Translations under genes and position numbers: made by a program
In this document: positions 18,320 to 28,747 of the stretch, piece after piece
Position numbering within the stretch: position 1 is the stretch's first letter
Layout of the letters: each line of letters begins with the position of its first letter
NCBI GenBank assembly: GCA_002010065.2
Contig: MTMD02000002.1
Location: 288,001 to 352,000, forward strand
Source of the DNA: Candidatus Pyrohabitans jungbluthii
GTDB taxonomy: Archaea > Hydrothermarchaeota > Hydrothermarchaeia > Hydrothermarchaeales > BMS3B
Reading direction: 5' to 3'
DNA length: 64,000 bases
Notes under the pieces: generated by a model
Database searches by the model: none
Told to the model about the DNA's origin: nothing
Seen by the model: only the letters and a program-made list of their open reading frames with translations

Positions 18320-20356
18320 TCAGGCTTCTGCTTTTACCTCTTCCTTCCCGCCTTCCTCGACATCTCCGCGCAGCGCTGCTTCGATCATCGCATATATCTG
18401 CTCGTCGGTGAAGTGGCGCACCTGCATTGCTCCCGTTGGACATGCCGCAGCACAGGCGCCGCAGCCCTTGCAAATCGCCTCATTCACATGAGCCTTTCTA
18501 TCCACCATAGTAATTACACCGAAGTCGCAGGTGCGCTCGCATATCCTGCACCCTATGCAAAGCTCTTTGCGCACGAACGCTACGATGGGCTCAGTCTCCA
18601 CCTCGCCCTTCGCCATGGGTATCGCCGCCCTTGCTGCGGCGGCACTCGCCTGAGCGACGGTATCCGGGATATCCTTGGGTCCCTGGCAGGTTCCGGCAAG
18701 GTATATACCATCGGTTAGCGTGTCCACTGGGCGAAGCTTGGGGTGAGCCTCAGAGAAGAACCCATCAGCGCTTCTACTCAGCCTGAGCAGGCGCTGAATC
18801 TTGTCGCTGTCTCGCGCAGGCTCCATGCCCGCGGCAAGCACCACAAGGTCAAGCTCCACCTCTAAGGGCAAGCCGAGCAGGGTATCTTCCACCCTCACCA
18901 GCAGATTCTTGGTCTTGGGGTCCTCAACTATCTCACCCGGTCTGCCTCGGATGAACTTTATGCCGTACTCCTCCTGCGCCTGTCGGTAGAACTCCTCGTA
19001 GCCCTTGCCGTAGGCGCGAATATCCATGTAGAAGATGTAAACCTCCGCCTCGGGGTGCTTCTCCTTGTACAGGCGGGCGTTCTTTATGGAGTACATGCAG
19101 CACACGCGGGAGCAGTAGGGGTTGCCCACCTTCGCGTCGCGAGAGCCCACGCACAGGATAAAACCTATGCGGTGCGGTTCCTTGCCATCGCTTGGGCGTA
19201 GAAGCTTTCCTCCGGTGGGGCCGCTGGCATTCACCAGGCGCTCAAACTCTAGGCCAGTGATGACATTCTCATAGCGCCCATACCCATATTCCGGCTTTCG
19301 CGTTGCGTCGAACTGGTCGAAGCCTGTGGCGACGATTATAGTGCCAACCTCTAGCTCCAGAATCTCATCCTTCTGGTCGTAGTCTATCGCCTCAGGTCCG
19401 CACACCGCCTCGCACATGCCACAGCCCAAGCAAGCCTCGTCGTCTATGGTGTAAACCAGAGGCACAGCCTGGGGGAAGGGCACGTATATCGCCTTTCTTA
19501 CGCCCAAGCCCTGGTCGAACTCGTTGGGCACCTCAACAGGGCACGCCTCGGCGCACAAGCCGCAGCCGGTGCACTTGTCCTCGAGCACCTGCCTGGCGCG
19601 CTTCCTTATCTTAACCTTAAAGTTTCCTATGTAGCCGTCTACCTCCTCAACCTCAGCGTAGGTGATAATCTCAATATTCTCATGCCTCGCGGCGTCCACC
19701 ATCTTAGGCGTTAAAATACACGCGGAGCAGTCCATGGTGGGGAAGGTCTTGTCCAGCTGAGCCATCTTACCTCCCAGGCTGGGGGTCTTCTCCACCAAGT
19801 AGACCTTAAAGCCCATGTCCGCAAGGTCAAGAGCGCTCTGTATGCCCGCGACGCCGCCGCCAATAACAAGCGCGGCTTTCTCCACCTTTACCTTGGGCTT
19901 CTGCTGAGGCTCAAGGTGGCGCGCTCTCGCTACAGCCATCCTGGTTAAATCCTTAGCCTTCTCAGTCGCCTCCTTGGGCTGCTTCATGTGCACCCAGGAG
20001 TCATGCTCGCGTATGTTAGCCTGCTCAAAAAGGAAGGGGTTAAGCCCAGCCTCTTCTAACGCACGTCTAAAGGTCGGCTCGTGCATTCGCGGCGAGCATG
20101 CAGCGACGACGATTCGATTGAGCTTGTGCTCTTTTATATCATCCTTAATAAGCTGCTGTCCTGGGTCAGAGCACATGTACTTGTAGTCCCTGGCAACCAC
20201 GACATTTTTTAGTTTGCTCGCGTACTCGGCAACGTCCTTGCAGTCTACTACGCCAGCGATGTTTATACCACAGTGACACACATAAACGCCAATCCTCGGC
20301 TCTTCCTTCTCCTCGTTCTTGGTGCCCTTCTCTCCCTTCTCCTTGTCTTCAGCCAT
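18320..20356 (-). CDS. hdrA: Heterodisulfide reductase subunit A
   Basis: [51 protein letters not shown], ferredoxin motifs. Confidence 0.96.
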   Translation of the reverse strand: MAEDKEKGEKGTKNEEKEEPRIGVYVCHCGINIAGVVDCKDVAEYASKLKNVVVARDYKYMCSDPGQQLIKDDIKEHKLNRIVVAACSPRMHEPTFRRALEEAGLNPFLFEQANIREHDSWVHMKQPKEATEKAKDLTRMAVARARHLEPQQKPKVKVEKAALVIGGGVAGIQSALDLADMGFKVYLVEKTPSLGGKMAQLDKTFPTMDCSACILTPKMVDAARHENIEIITYAEVEEVDGYIGNFKVKIRKRARQVLEDKCTGCGLCAEACPVEVPNEFDQGLGVRKAIYVPFPQAVPLVYTIDDEACLGCGMCEAVCGPEAIDYDQKDEILELEVGTIIVATGFDQFDATRKPEYGYGRYENVITGLEFERLVNASGPTGGKLLRPSDGKEPHRIGFILCVGSRDAKVGNPYCSRVCCMYSIKNARLYKEKHPEAEVYIFYMDIRAYGKGYEEFYRQAQEEYGIKFIRGRPGEIVEDPKTKNLLVRVEDTLLGLPLEVELDLVVLAAGMEPARDSDKIQRLLRLSRSADGFFSEAHPKLRPVDTLTDGIYLAGTCQGPKDIPDTVAQASAAAARAAIPMAKGEVETEPIVAFVRKELCIGCRICERTCDFGVITMVDRKAHVNEAICKGCGACAAACPTGAMQVRHFTDEQIYAMIEAALRGDVEEGGKEEVKAEA

Positions 20357-20554
20357 ACTTTATCCTCCTTAACGGGACCTCGCTGGCAAGAGGCAGAGGT
20401 CTGTGGGTAATCCCTTGGTAAGGACTAACCTCTTTAAGACAAATTGTCATTATTTATAATTATTAATAAAGTTTTTGGTGATGGGTCATTTTCGGAAAAC
20501 CTTTATAAAGGGAAAGGGGATAATGAGTAAAGTTGCTTTTATGGAGGTTTAATC

Positions 20555-20701
20555 ATGGCGAGGTTTCCTGAGGCAGAGCGGAGACTTTTCAGGGTAAAGA
20601 TATGCAGAAAGTGCAAGGCGAGAAACGCTTGGCTTGCGCGCAAGTGCAGGAAGTGCGGCTCCAAAGCGCTGCGACCCAAGCGCAAGGAAGCTAAGGGCTG
20701 A
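20555..20701 (+). CDS. rpl40e: 50S ribosomal protein L40e (not in ORF track)
   Basis: [48 protein letters not shown]; GGAGG RBS. Confidence 0.93.
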   Translation: MARFPEAERRLFRVKICRKCKARNAWLARKCRKCGSKALRPKRKEAKG

Positions 20702-20705
20702 ACCC

Positions 20706-21455
20706 ATGAGGGTGCTTAGCTACATCTCGAAGCTCGTGGCTGAGAGGAAGGCACACTTCACCCTTATCGATCCCGACAAGCAGAGTCCTGAAAAGGCAGG
20801 AGAGATAGCAGCGCTCGCACTCAGCGCGGGAAGCGATGCGATAATGGTTGGCGGAAGCGCGGGCATAGACCAGTATATCCTGGACGAGACGGTGAAGGCG
20901 ATAAAGCAGGAAGCTGGGTCAAAGCCGGTGATACTTTTTCCGGGTGATGTTTCAGGGGTTTCAAGGTACGCTGATGCGATATTCTTCATGAGCCTGCTCA
21001 ACTCCCGAAACCCCTACTACATCACAGGGGCGCAGGCGGTTGGTGCCCTCGCTGTGAAGCGTGCCGGAATTGAGCCCCTGCCCATGGGTTATATTATCGT
21101 CGATCCTGGTGGCGCCGTTGGCTGGGTTGGCGACGCTCGCCCAATCCCGCGCTCAAAGCCAGGGTTAGCTGCGAGCTATGCGCTGGCGGCGCAGTACATG
21201 GGAATGAAGCTTGTATATTTAGAGGCTGGCTCTGGCGCAGAGCACCACGTGCCTGAGGAGATGGTCGTCGCTGTTAAGCGCACTGTGGAGATTCCGGTGA
21301 TCGTCGGTGGTGGAATAAGGAGCGGAGACGATGCCTACCGCGTCGCTAAGGCTGGAGCGGACATAATCGTCACCGGCACAGCCATTGAGAACGCTGGCGA
21401 TGTTGAAGCCAAGGTTAAGGAGTTTGTAGCGGCGATTGCGAGGGCGCAGAGATAG
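20706..21455 (+). CDS. Geranylgeranylglyceryl phosphate synthase
   Basis: [35 protein letters not shown]. Confidence 0.93.
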   Translation: MRVLSYISKLVAERKAHFTLIDPDKQSPEKAGEIAALALSAGSDAIMVGGSAGIDQYILDETVKAIKQEAGSKPVILFPGDVSGVSRYADAIFFMSLLNSRNPYYITGAQAVGALAVKRAGIEPLPMGYIIVDPGGAVGWVGDARPIPRSKPGLAASYALAAQYMGMKLVYLEAGSGAEHHVPEEMVVAVKRTVEIPVIVGGGIRSGDDAYRVAKAGADIIVTGTAIENAGDVEAKVKEFVAAIARAQR

Positions 21456-21507
21456 CGTCGCTTTCTGAGGAAGTTTTATATAGCATTTAGATAAACTCTG
21501 CAATGCT

Positions 21508-21768
21508 ATGGATGCACGCGTGGTTTTTGGTGTTGGAGTTGCCCTGATAATATTCGCCATGTACTTCCTGGAGAAGGAGATGAAGAGAGCCGAGATTTTC
21601 TGGCTCTTCTCAGGCTTGGGCGTGCTCTTCGGGATAATATCTGTTTACACTGTGGCTAAGAACAGACCAAACTTCGAGTACTACATCGCCATGGCGGTGC
21701 TTTTTGTGCTCATAGCCGTGCTTTATTTTGAAGATGAAGAGATACCAAAAAAAGCTGAGCAGGGATAG
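21508..21768 (+). CDS. Small three-TM membrane protein
   Basis: Three hydrophobic segments; stop codon abuts the pheS start. Confidence 0.6.
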   Translation: MDARVVFGVGVALIIFAMYFLEKEMKRAEIFWLFSGLGVLFGIISVYTVAKNRPNFEYYIAMAVLFVLIAVLYFEDEEIPKKAEQG

Positions 21769-21769
21769 C

Positions 21770-23263
21770 ATGGAGCTGAGCAACAATGAGAAGCTGGTTT
21801 TAAAGGCTCTGGGAGAGATTGGCAGCGCCTCGCCAGAAGAGATAGCAAAGCATACGGAGCTCAACAACAGCGCAGTTAACCGTGCCCTGTACTGGCTGGT
21901 GCGTAAAGGCTTGGTCGAGGTGAGGGAGCGGGTAGACAGTGTTATAGCTCTTGACGAAGAGGGCAAGCTTTACGTTGCGAAGGGCTTGCCGGAGCGAAGG
22001 GCGCTTGAATATCTGCGCAGCAAAGGCGGCGAGGCTGAAATTTCCGCTCTGAGTGAGGTGCTGGATAAGGGCGAGGTGAATATCGCCTTAGGCTGGCTAA
22101 GGAGGAAGAACTTAGCGAATATCGCCAAGGGAAAGCTGGTGCTCACTGAGAAGGGGAAAAAAGGCGATAAAAGCGAGGATGAAAAGCTTCTGGAGAGGCT
22201 TACCCAGGGCGAGTTTATGCTGAGCCAGCTCTCACAGGATGAACGCCGCGCTCTGGAGCTTCTGAAGGGCAGGCAACGCGTGGTTAAGGTCGAGGAGAAG
22301 AGCTTAAAGGAGGCGAAGCTCACCCCTCGTGGAGAGGAGCTTGTTTCCAGGGGTATAGAGCTTGAGGAGGAGATATCCCAGCTCACCCACGACATTATAA
22401 AGAGGGGAGCCTGGAAGGGCAAAAAACTGCGCCGCTACGACGTTACCCTGCCCGCGCCCGAACTCTTGCCCGCGAAGCTTCACCCCCTCAGGATAATAAT
22501 CGAAGAGATCCGCTCCATCTTCCTGCAGATGGGTTTCAAGGAAATAGCAGGTCCATTGGTGGAGTCGAGCTTCTGGAACTTCGACGCTCTCTTCGTGCCT
22601 CAGGATCACCCCGCTCGCGAAATGCAGGACACCTTCTACCTGGAGGAGCCTTCGCGGGCAAGGTTGCCCGGGAAAGAGACGGTGGAGGCGGTTAAGCTTG
22701 CCCATGAGAACGGCGCTAATACCGGCTCAACCGGATGGCGCTACGCTTGGAGCGAAGAGGTTGCGCGCACCGCCCTGCTGAGAACTCATACCACGGCAAC
22801 CACGATACGCCACTTAGCGGCGACACGGGAGCCGCCCATAAAGGTGTTCTGTGTGGATCGCGTATTTCGCAAGGAGCGCATCACTTTCAAGCACCTGCCG
22901 GAGTTCCACCAGGTTGAAGGCATCGTTGTGGGCGATGTGAGCTTCTCAGACCTTCTTGGCCTGCTCCGTGAGTTTTACCACAAGATGGGCTTCGAGAAGG
23001 TGAGGTTCCGTCCGGGTTACTTCCCGTACACAGAGCCGAGCCTGGAGATTGAGGTGTTCTTCCCCGACAAGGGCAAGTGGCTTGAGCTTGGCGGAGCTGG
23101 CATATTCCGCCCGGAGGTTACTGAGCCTCTCGGGATTCGCCATCCCGTTTTAGCGTGGGGTCTCGGCATAGAGCGCCTTGCAATGCTCCGTCTTGGGTTG
23201 GAGGACATCCGCGAGCTGTACATGAGCGACATCTCCTGGCTTCGCAGAGCAAAGGTGAGGTAG
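21770..23263 (+). CDS. pheS: Phenylalanine-tRNA ligase alpha subunit
   Basis: FWNFDALFVPQDHPAREMQDTF, LRTHTT, EFHQVEG, FPYTEPS, GLGIERL. Confidence 0.97.
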   Translation: MELSNNEKLVLKALGEIGSASPEEIAKHTELNNSAVNRALYWLVRKGLVEVRERVDSVIALDEEGKLYVAKGLPERRALEYLRSKGGEAEISALSEVLDKGEVNIALGWLRRKNLANIAKGKLVLTEKGKKGDKSEDEKLLERLTQGEFMLSQLSQDERRALELLKGRQRVVKVEEKSLKEAKLTPRGEELVSRGIELEEEISQLTHDIIKRGAWKGKKLRRYDVTLPAPELLPAKLHPLRIIIEEIRSIFLQMGFKEIAGPLVESSFWNFDALFVPQDHPAREMQDTFYLEEPSRARLPGKETVEAVKLAHENGANTGSTGWRYAWSEEVARTALLRTHTTATTIRHLAATREPPIKVFCVDRVFRKERITFKHLPEFHQVEGIVVGDVSFSDLLGLLREFYHKMGFEKVRFRPGYFPYTEPSLEIEVFFPDKGKWLELGGAGIFRPEVTEPLGIRHPVLAWGLGIERLAMLRLGLEDIRELYMSDISWLRRAKVR

Positions 23264-24916
23264 ATGCCGGTTATAAAAGTTGACTACGCTGAGCTTAAGC
23301 GCATGCTCAACGCAGAGATGAGCGACGAGGAGCTAATGGAGAAACTCCCCCTCCTGGGCTGCGACATCGAGGGCTTCGACGGTCGCTACCTGTACATAGA
23401 GTACTTCCCCAACCGCCCTGATCTGTACTCCGTCGAAGGTATAGCTCGCGCGTACCGCGCCTTCTTTGGGATAGAGCCCGGGCTCAAGGAGTACAAAGCA
23501 GAGGAGGCAGAGAACTACCTCCTCGTGGATAAGAGCGTCGCCGGGGTGCGCGATTATGTTGTAGCGTGTGAGGTTAAGAATGTGAAGCTCAGCGACGAGC
23601 TAATCGCCGAGCTCATGGAGCTTCAGGAGGACCTCCACTGGGCTCTGGGCAGAGACAGAAAGAAGGTCTCAATAGGTGTGCATGACTCCTCTCGCGTAGC
23701 CCCACCGTACCGCTACACCACTGTGAAGCCTGAGGAGATACGCTTCGTGCCCTTGGGTTATGAGCAGGAGATGACACCAAAGCAGATACTCGAGGAGCAT
23801 CCCAAGGGCGTGGAGTATTCCCACATAATCTCTCGCTACGACCGCTACCCCATAATCTTTGACGCCAACAACAATGTGCTCAGCATGCCGCCGATAATAA
23901 ATGGCGAGCTAACGCGGGTAACCGAGAGCACGAGAGAATTTTTCATCGACGTAACGGGCACAGATTTAAAGCTTATCTCGCAGGCGCTCAACATCCTCGC
24001 CACCGCCTTGGCAGAGCGCGGGTTTACCGTTCGAAAGGTGGAGGTGAGGTATCCTGATAGGACGATTACTACGCCCGACTTTTCCCCTGCGGTTAAAAAA
24101 CTGAGGAGGAGCTATGCAAACCGCATGCTCGGGCTAAACCTCAGCAACGAGGAGATAAAGTCGTGCCTGGAGAGGATGGGCTACGGAGTTAGGGCTGAGG
24201 ACGAGGAGGAGCTTGAAGTTCTTGTCCCGTGCTACAGGTGCGACATCTTCCATGAGATAGACCTGGTGGAGGACGTGGCAATAGGCTACGGCTATGGGAA
24301 CTTCCCTCCCACTTTGCCAGAGGTGCTCACCACCGGAGAAAAGCTGCCCGTGGAGGAGCTTGGAGAGAAGCTGCGCATGCTCATGCTGGGCTACGGCATA
24401 ACTGAGGTCATGAGTTTGATGCTCACCAACGAAAGGGAGAACTTCTTCCATCTTCGTCGCAAAGGCGAGGCGGTGAGGATAAAGAACCCTATAAGCGAGG
24501 AGCACACCATAGTGAGAACCTCGCTTTTGCCCAGCTTGCTGGGCGTGCTGAGGCTGAATAAGCATCGAGAACTTCCGCAGCGCATATTCGAGCTTGGAGA
24601 TGTCGTTCTGCTCGATCCCAGCGCTGAGACGGGCGCCGCAAGAAAGCGCAGGCTCGGTGTGGCGATAATCCATGCGAAGGCGAACTTCACAGAGGTAAGG
24701 GCATTGCTTCAGGGCATCCTCAGAGACCTAGGCATTGAGAGCTACCGGGTTGAGGCGAAGGAAGACCCAGCATTTATCCCGGGCAGGTGCGCCTCTGTGG
24801 TGCTCGGCGGAAAGGAGGTGGCGATTCTCGGGGAGATTCACCCCGAGGTGCTCACAAACTTTGAGCTTGAATATCCTGTTGCAGCTCTTGAGCTGGACGT
24901 TGAGGCTCTCCTTTAG
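23264..24916 (+). CDS. pheT: Phenylalanine-tRNA ligase beta subunit
   Basis: PNRPDLYSVEG, SMPPIIN, DLVEDVAIGYGY, GEIHPEVL. Confidence 0.97.
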   Translation: MPVIKVDYAELKRMLNAEMSDEELMEKLPLLGCDIEGFDGRYLYIEYFPNRPDLYSVEGIARAYRAFFGIEPGLKEYKAEEAENYLLVDKSVAGVRDYVVACEVKNVKLSDELIAELMELQEDLHWALGRDRKKVSIGVHDSSRVAPPYRYTTVKPEEIRFVPLGYEQEMTPKQILEEHPKGVEYSHIISRYDRYPIIFDANNNVLSMPPIINGELTRVTESTREFFIDVTGTDLKLISQALNILATALAERGFTVRKVEVRYPDRTITTPDFSPAVKKLRRSYANRMLGLNLSNEEIKSCLERMGYGVRAEDEEELEVLVPCYRCDIFHEIDLVEDVAIGYGYGNFPPTLPEVLTTGEKLPVEELGEKLRMLMLGYGITEVMSLMLTNERENFFHLRRKGEAVRIKNPISEEHTIVRTSLLPSLLGVLRLNKHRELPQRIFELGDVVLLDPSAETGAARKRRLGVAIIHAKANFTEVRALLQGILRDLGIESYRVEAKEDPAFIPGRCASVVLGGKEVAILGEIHPEVLTNFELEYPVAALELDVEALL

Positions 24917-25911
24917 GGAAAACGACTGTTAAGGACGCCGAGGTTTCTCAGGTCGAAGATGAGCAGGAGATAGCTTAAGATAACCTTGGCATCACCTATG
25001 TGGAAAACGAGCTTGTGGGCAAAATAATATTGCTTCTTTCTGCCGGTGCGAAGCTCAAGGAAAGAGACGAAGTTTCCTGATACGAAGTCCACAAAGCTGG
25101 CAGGGGTTATTTTCACCTCCATGCCAGCGAGAGCGCTGAGCTTTTTTGTGTGCTCCTCAGAGAGGATACTTCCTACCTCCTTGAGAACCTCTTTGTCATC
25201 GCTGTTGGGGAAGTCCGCGTAATCCACCTTCTTGTCAGAGAGTATTTCCACAAAGCGGATGGCATCTTCGATGGGGAATAGCAGGGTGGCGCTTCCGGAA
25301 AGTTCGCCATATAGGCTCGCGTAGGAGCCTACCATAGGTATTCCCTCGCCCGCCACAAGACTCGGAAAGTTTTCTATCTCCTCTATGATGGGTCCCTCTA
25401 TGCTTATCCTTGTGTCTATCCCTGTTATCTTCGTAACAGCATCCGCAAGCTTTGCCACGCTCTCATAGCATATCTTTCTGAAGCTATCTGAAACACTCTG
25501 CCTCACCACAATAGCCCTACCTTTCTCCTTGGATTTGGCTTCCTCTTCCAGGGTTTCAACAGCCTTCTTTACAGCTTCAAGAATCTCCTTGTTTTCGTAT
25601 GGTTTCTGAATGAAGTCACCAGCGCCGTGCTTTAGGCTTGCGATGGCACGTTCCAAGCTGGCGTAGGCAGTCATCATTATGACGTATATGCCCCTGTCCT
25701 GCTCTTTTATCTTCTTTAGAAGCTCTATTCCGTCCATATCAGGCATCATTATGTCCGTTATCACAATCTGGTATCCATTGGCTTTAATTTTTTCAAGGGC
25801 TTCTGCAGCGGAGCTGGCGACGTCCACTCTGTAACCATGTTTTTCCAGAAGCTTATTGAGGCTTAATCTTATGAGCTCTTCGTCGTCCACAACGAGTATC
25901 TTGGGTTCCAT
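24913..25911 (-). CDS. Response regulator: REC domain plus CheC-like domain
   Basis: ILVVDDE, DIMMPDMDG, KPY; C-terminal GELSGSATLLF...LKEVGSIL. Confidence 0.75.
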   Translation of the reverse strand: MEPKILVVDDEELIRLSLNKLLEKHGYRVDVASSAAEALEKIKANGYQIVITDIMMPDMDGIELLKKIKEQDRGIYVIMMTAYASLERAIASLKHGAGDFIQKPYENKEILEAVKKAVETLEEEAKSKEKGRAIVVRQSVSDSFRKICYESVAKLADAVTKITGIDTRISIEGPIIEEIENFPSLVAGEGIPMVGSYASLYGELSGSATLLFPIEDAIRFVEILSDKKVDYADFPNSDDKEVLKEVGSILSEEHTKKLSALAGMEVKITPASFVDFVSGNFVSFLELRTGRKKQYYFAHKLVFHIGDAKVILSYLLLIFDLRNLGVLNSRFP

Positions 25912-26387
25912 TAATTTTGGCCTCCACCCTACAGTGCTTAATGAGTAGTTTTAGGATTATGAATATTATAGCGTTAACCACATATATTAAGGTTAAGTTA
26001 AAAAAGTTTTTAAACTCCTGATAAGGCTATTTTTCTCAAGTAAGCGGCGATTGGTATCTTGCTGATGCTTCCCGGCGCGGTTTGGTGTGTGAAGTTCCAG
26101 GAGATACGCGATGCTTCACCGTGGCATTGCAGAAGAGGAACTGTAGAGGCAGATAGAGCTGGAAATCTTCGATATATTGGAGATAAGGCTTCCCCTTCTG
26201 AAGCAGAGAAAGGTGAAGGAAAGCACAGTGCTGGTGGGCGACGAATACGTGGGCGAGGCAAAGCAGGCGATACCTGCGGGTGTGGCATGCGTGCACTGTA
26301 TCTGGCATAGCTACGCAAAAGAAGACTGCCTGTCCCGAGGATTCTAACCTTTTCAACGGTAGCTTACTTTTTAACTCTGGTGCTCCT

Positions 26388-26816
26388 ATGGCAAGCGAAT
26401 GGGTACGTGTGCAGCGCGAGGATTTTTCCATAGCCGAGGAGATAGCCCGTGTTAAGGCGGTGTCCAAGCGAATTGGTGGAGTGGTGACCTTCTTGGGTAC
26501 TGTGCGCGACTTTTCACGAGGCAAGGAGGTTACAAAGCTGGAGTTTGAGTACTACGAGGGGATGGCGGAGAAGAAGCTGGAGGAGATTCGCCAGCTTGCG
26601 AAGGAGAAGTTCGATGTGATAGAGATAAGCGTGGTGCACCGCTACGGTGAGCTTAACATAGGCGACAATATAGTGCTAGTTATTGCGGCAGCTGAGCACC
26701 GCAGGCAAGCCTTTGACGCCTGCCGCTATGTTATAGATGAGCTTAAGAAGCACGTGCCCATCTGGAAGAAGGAGCACACAAGTGAGGGCGAGGTTTGGAT
26801 TGAAGAGCACCCATGA
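26388..26816 (+). CDS. moaE: Molybdopterin synthase catalytic subunit
   Basis: GGVVTFLGTVR, HRYGEL, HRRQAF, LKKHVPIWKKE. Confidence 0.95.
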   Translation: MASEWVRVQREDFSIAEEIARVKAVSKRIGGVVTFLGTVRDFSRGKEVTKLEFEYYEGMAEKKLEEIRQLAKEKFDVIEISVVHRYGELNIGDNIVLVIAAAEHRRQAFDACRYVIDELKKHVPIWKKEHTSEGEVWIEEHP

Positions 26817-26872
26817 GGTGGCGTCAAGTATAAATAACTGAAAAGGGGAAAATTAACGGAGGAGGCAGTGCA

Positions 26873-27085
26873 ATGGCAGATATAAGGGAGTTTAAGGCTG
26901 ATGTTACAATAAAGATAGACTACGACAAATGCAAGGGACACGGCGAGTGCGTTGATGTGTGTCCTGCTGAGGTTTATGAACTCGTGGATGGCAAGTCCAC
27001 CGCTCCTCGCGTGGCTGACTGCATAGAGTGCTGCGCATGCGTTGAGGCGTGCCCTGAGGGAGCAATAGAGCACAGCTCGTGCTGA
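26873..27085 (+). CDS. Dicluster ferredoxin
   Basis: CKGHGECVDVCP and CIECCACVEACP. Confidence 0.9.
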   Translation: MADIREFKADVTIKIDYDKCKGHGECVDVCPAEVYELVDGKSTAPRVADCIECCACVEACPEGAIEHSSC

Positions 27086-27094
27086 GGTCTCTGC

Positions 27095-27769
27095 GTGAGG
27101 CTTCTCGCCCTGGAGAATGCGGAGGGGGAGCACTTAGGTTGTTTTGAGCAGCTTGCAGAAGCTCGAGGCATAAGCGTTGAGTACCGTCGCCTCTGGCGGG
27201 GCGATGATTTAGAGGACGCCCTTGACTACGACCTAATTGTGATTCTCGGCGGACCCATGAGTGTCAACGATGAGAAGAGCTACCCCTACCTGGCTGAAGA
27301 GAAGGCAATGATAAGGCGCGCTTTAGCTGAGAATAAGCCCCTTCTGGGCATTTGTCTGGGAGCGCAGCTTATTGCTAACGCGCTTGGGGTGAGGGTTTAT
27401 CCTGGCGAGGAGAAGGAGCTTGGCTGGTATCAACTGCAGCTAACCCAGGAAGGCAAGCAAGACGAGGTGTTCTCTGCCTTTCTTTCGCGCCTTGAGGTCT
27501 TTCAGTGGCATGGCGAGACCTTCGACCTTCCCACCGGAGCCACGCTGCTGGCTAGCTCAGAGCTTTACCCGCACCAGGCCTTTCGCGTTGGCAGAAGCTA
27601 CGCTTTGCAGTTTCACTTTGAGGTTACATCGCAGATGGTGCGGGAATGGTCAAGAGAGGTGCCGGATAAGCGAGACGAAATACTCCTTAACCTAGAAGAA
27701 AGAGTGGCAAAGCTAAACCACTGGGCAGAGGTGTTCTTTGACCGCTGGTTACATGTCGCGGGTTTTTAA
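27095..27769 (+). CDS. Type 1 glutamine amidotransferase (GMP-synthase-like)
   Basis: LGGPMS, GICLGAQL, QWHGETF, QFHFE. Confidence 0.9.
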   Translation: MRLLALENAEGEHLGCFEQLAEARGISVEYRRLWRGDDLEDALDYDLIVILGGPMSVNDEKSYPYLAEEKAMIRRALAENKPLLGICLGAQLIANALGVRVYPGEEKELGWYQLQLTQEGKQDEVFSAFLSRLEVFQWHGETFDLPTGATLLASSELYPHQAFRVGRSYALQFHFEVTSQMVREWSREVPDKRDEILLNLEERVAKLNHWAEVFFDRWLHVAGF

Positions 27770-27840
27770 CCATCTTTATTTAACTCATCTCTTGATTTTC
27801 GCAACTTTTATATTATAATTAAAATTAAAATATTTAATTC

Positions 27841-28374
27841 ATGATTCCCATAATCTCTGTGATAGGCAGAAAGAAGGCTGGCAAAACCACAATACTTGAG
27901 CGCCTGATCGCTGCGCTGAAGGCAAAGGGGTATCGCGTCGCCACTGTAAAGCACCACATTCACTACGGCTTCAGCATTGATTCTCCTGGAAAGGACACGT
28001 GGAGGCACGCTGCGGCAGGCGCAGACGTGGTGGCGATTTCTTCACCTGACCGCCTCGTGCTCATGCGCAACACCCCCAAGGAACTCTTTCTCAGGGAGAT
28101 CGTGGAGAGGTACATGAGCGACGTTGACGTGGTGCTCACCGAGGGCTACGCTAGAGCAGAGACGCCAAAGATACTCGTGGCAACCTGTGAAGACGACTTG
28201 AGGCTGTTTACCAGCGCCGCAGGCGGAGAGATAGTAGCGGTGGTGAGCGATTCAGAGGTTAAGGCGAGCTGTGAGGTTTTCGGATTCGACGATGTGGAGA
28301 AACTGGCAAGCTTCATAGAGGAGAGGTTTTTGAGCCATGACCCGCGAGACGGTGCTTACGAAGCGCCAGATTGA
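27841..28374 (+). CDS. mobB: Molybdopterin-guanine dinucleotide biosynthesis protein B
   Basis: GRKKAGKTT, VKH, GKDTWRH, EGY. Confidence 0.9.
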   Translation: MIPIISVIGRKKAGKTTILERLIAALKAKGYRVATVKHHIHYGFSIDSPGKDTWRHAAAGADVVAISSPDRLVLMRNTPKELFLREIVERYMSDVDVVLTEGYARAETPKILVATCEDDLRLFTSAAGGEIVAVVSDSEVKASCEVFGFDDVEKLASFIEERFLSHDPRDGAYEAPD

Positions 28375-28744
28375 GGTGCTAAAGCTCAAGGCACAGGGGC
28401 TCAGCACCTCTGAGATTGCAAGGCGCTTGGGCACCACCGTAGCAAATGTCTCCGCAACTGAGAGGAAGGCGAGGGAGAACATCCAGCGCGCCAAGAATAC
28501 GCTGCAACTGGTGAGGATGCTTGAAGCACCTCTGAGTGTTGTCATCGCCCCAGAAAGCGACCTCAACGATGCTGTTCGCGAGATATACCGCCGAGCTGAC
28601 GAAGCCGGAATCTGGATTTCCCACAGCTTTCCTTCCCTGGCGGCGCTCATCCAGCAGGCGGCTGGGGAGAAGATTCGCGGAAGGCGCGTGCTCTCTGAGA
28701 TAGAGGTGGCGATTACCCGCGAAGGTGAAGTAATGGTGATGTAG
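28337..28744 (+). CDS. tfx: Tfx-family DNA-binding protein
   Basis: LTKRQIEVL...EIARRLGTTVANVS..ERKARENI..AKNTL. Confidence 0.85.
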   Translation: MTRETVLTKRQIEVLKLKAQGLSTSEIARRLGTTVANVSATERKARENIQRAKNTLQLVRMLEAPLSVVIAPESDLNDAVREIYRRADEAGIWISHSFPSLAALIQQAAGEKIRGRRVLSEIEVAITREGEVMVM

Positions 28745-28747
28745 GTG

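Noticed and set aside
17894-20356. Selenocysteine recoding in hdrA/mvhD
   Set aside because: Both frames are open, with Cys at the relevant motifs (MDCSAC, CNWC) and no in-frame TGA
26147-26347. Possible HAD-hydrolase remnant (VLVGDEYVGEAKQAIPAGV)
   Set aside because: Preceded by an in-frame stop, no clear start, and similarity too weak to call by eye
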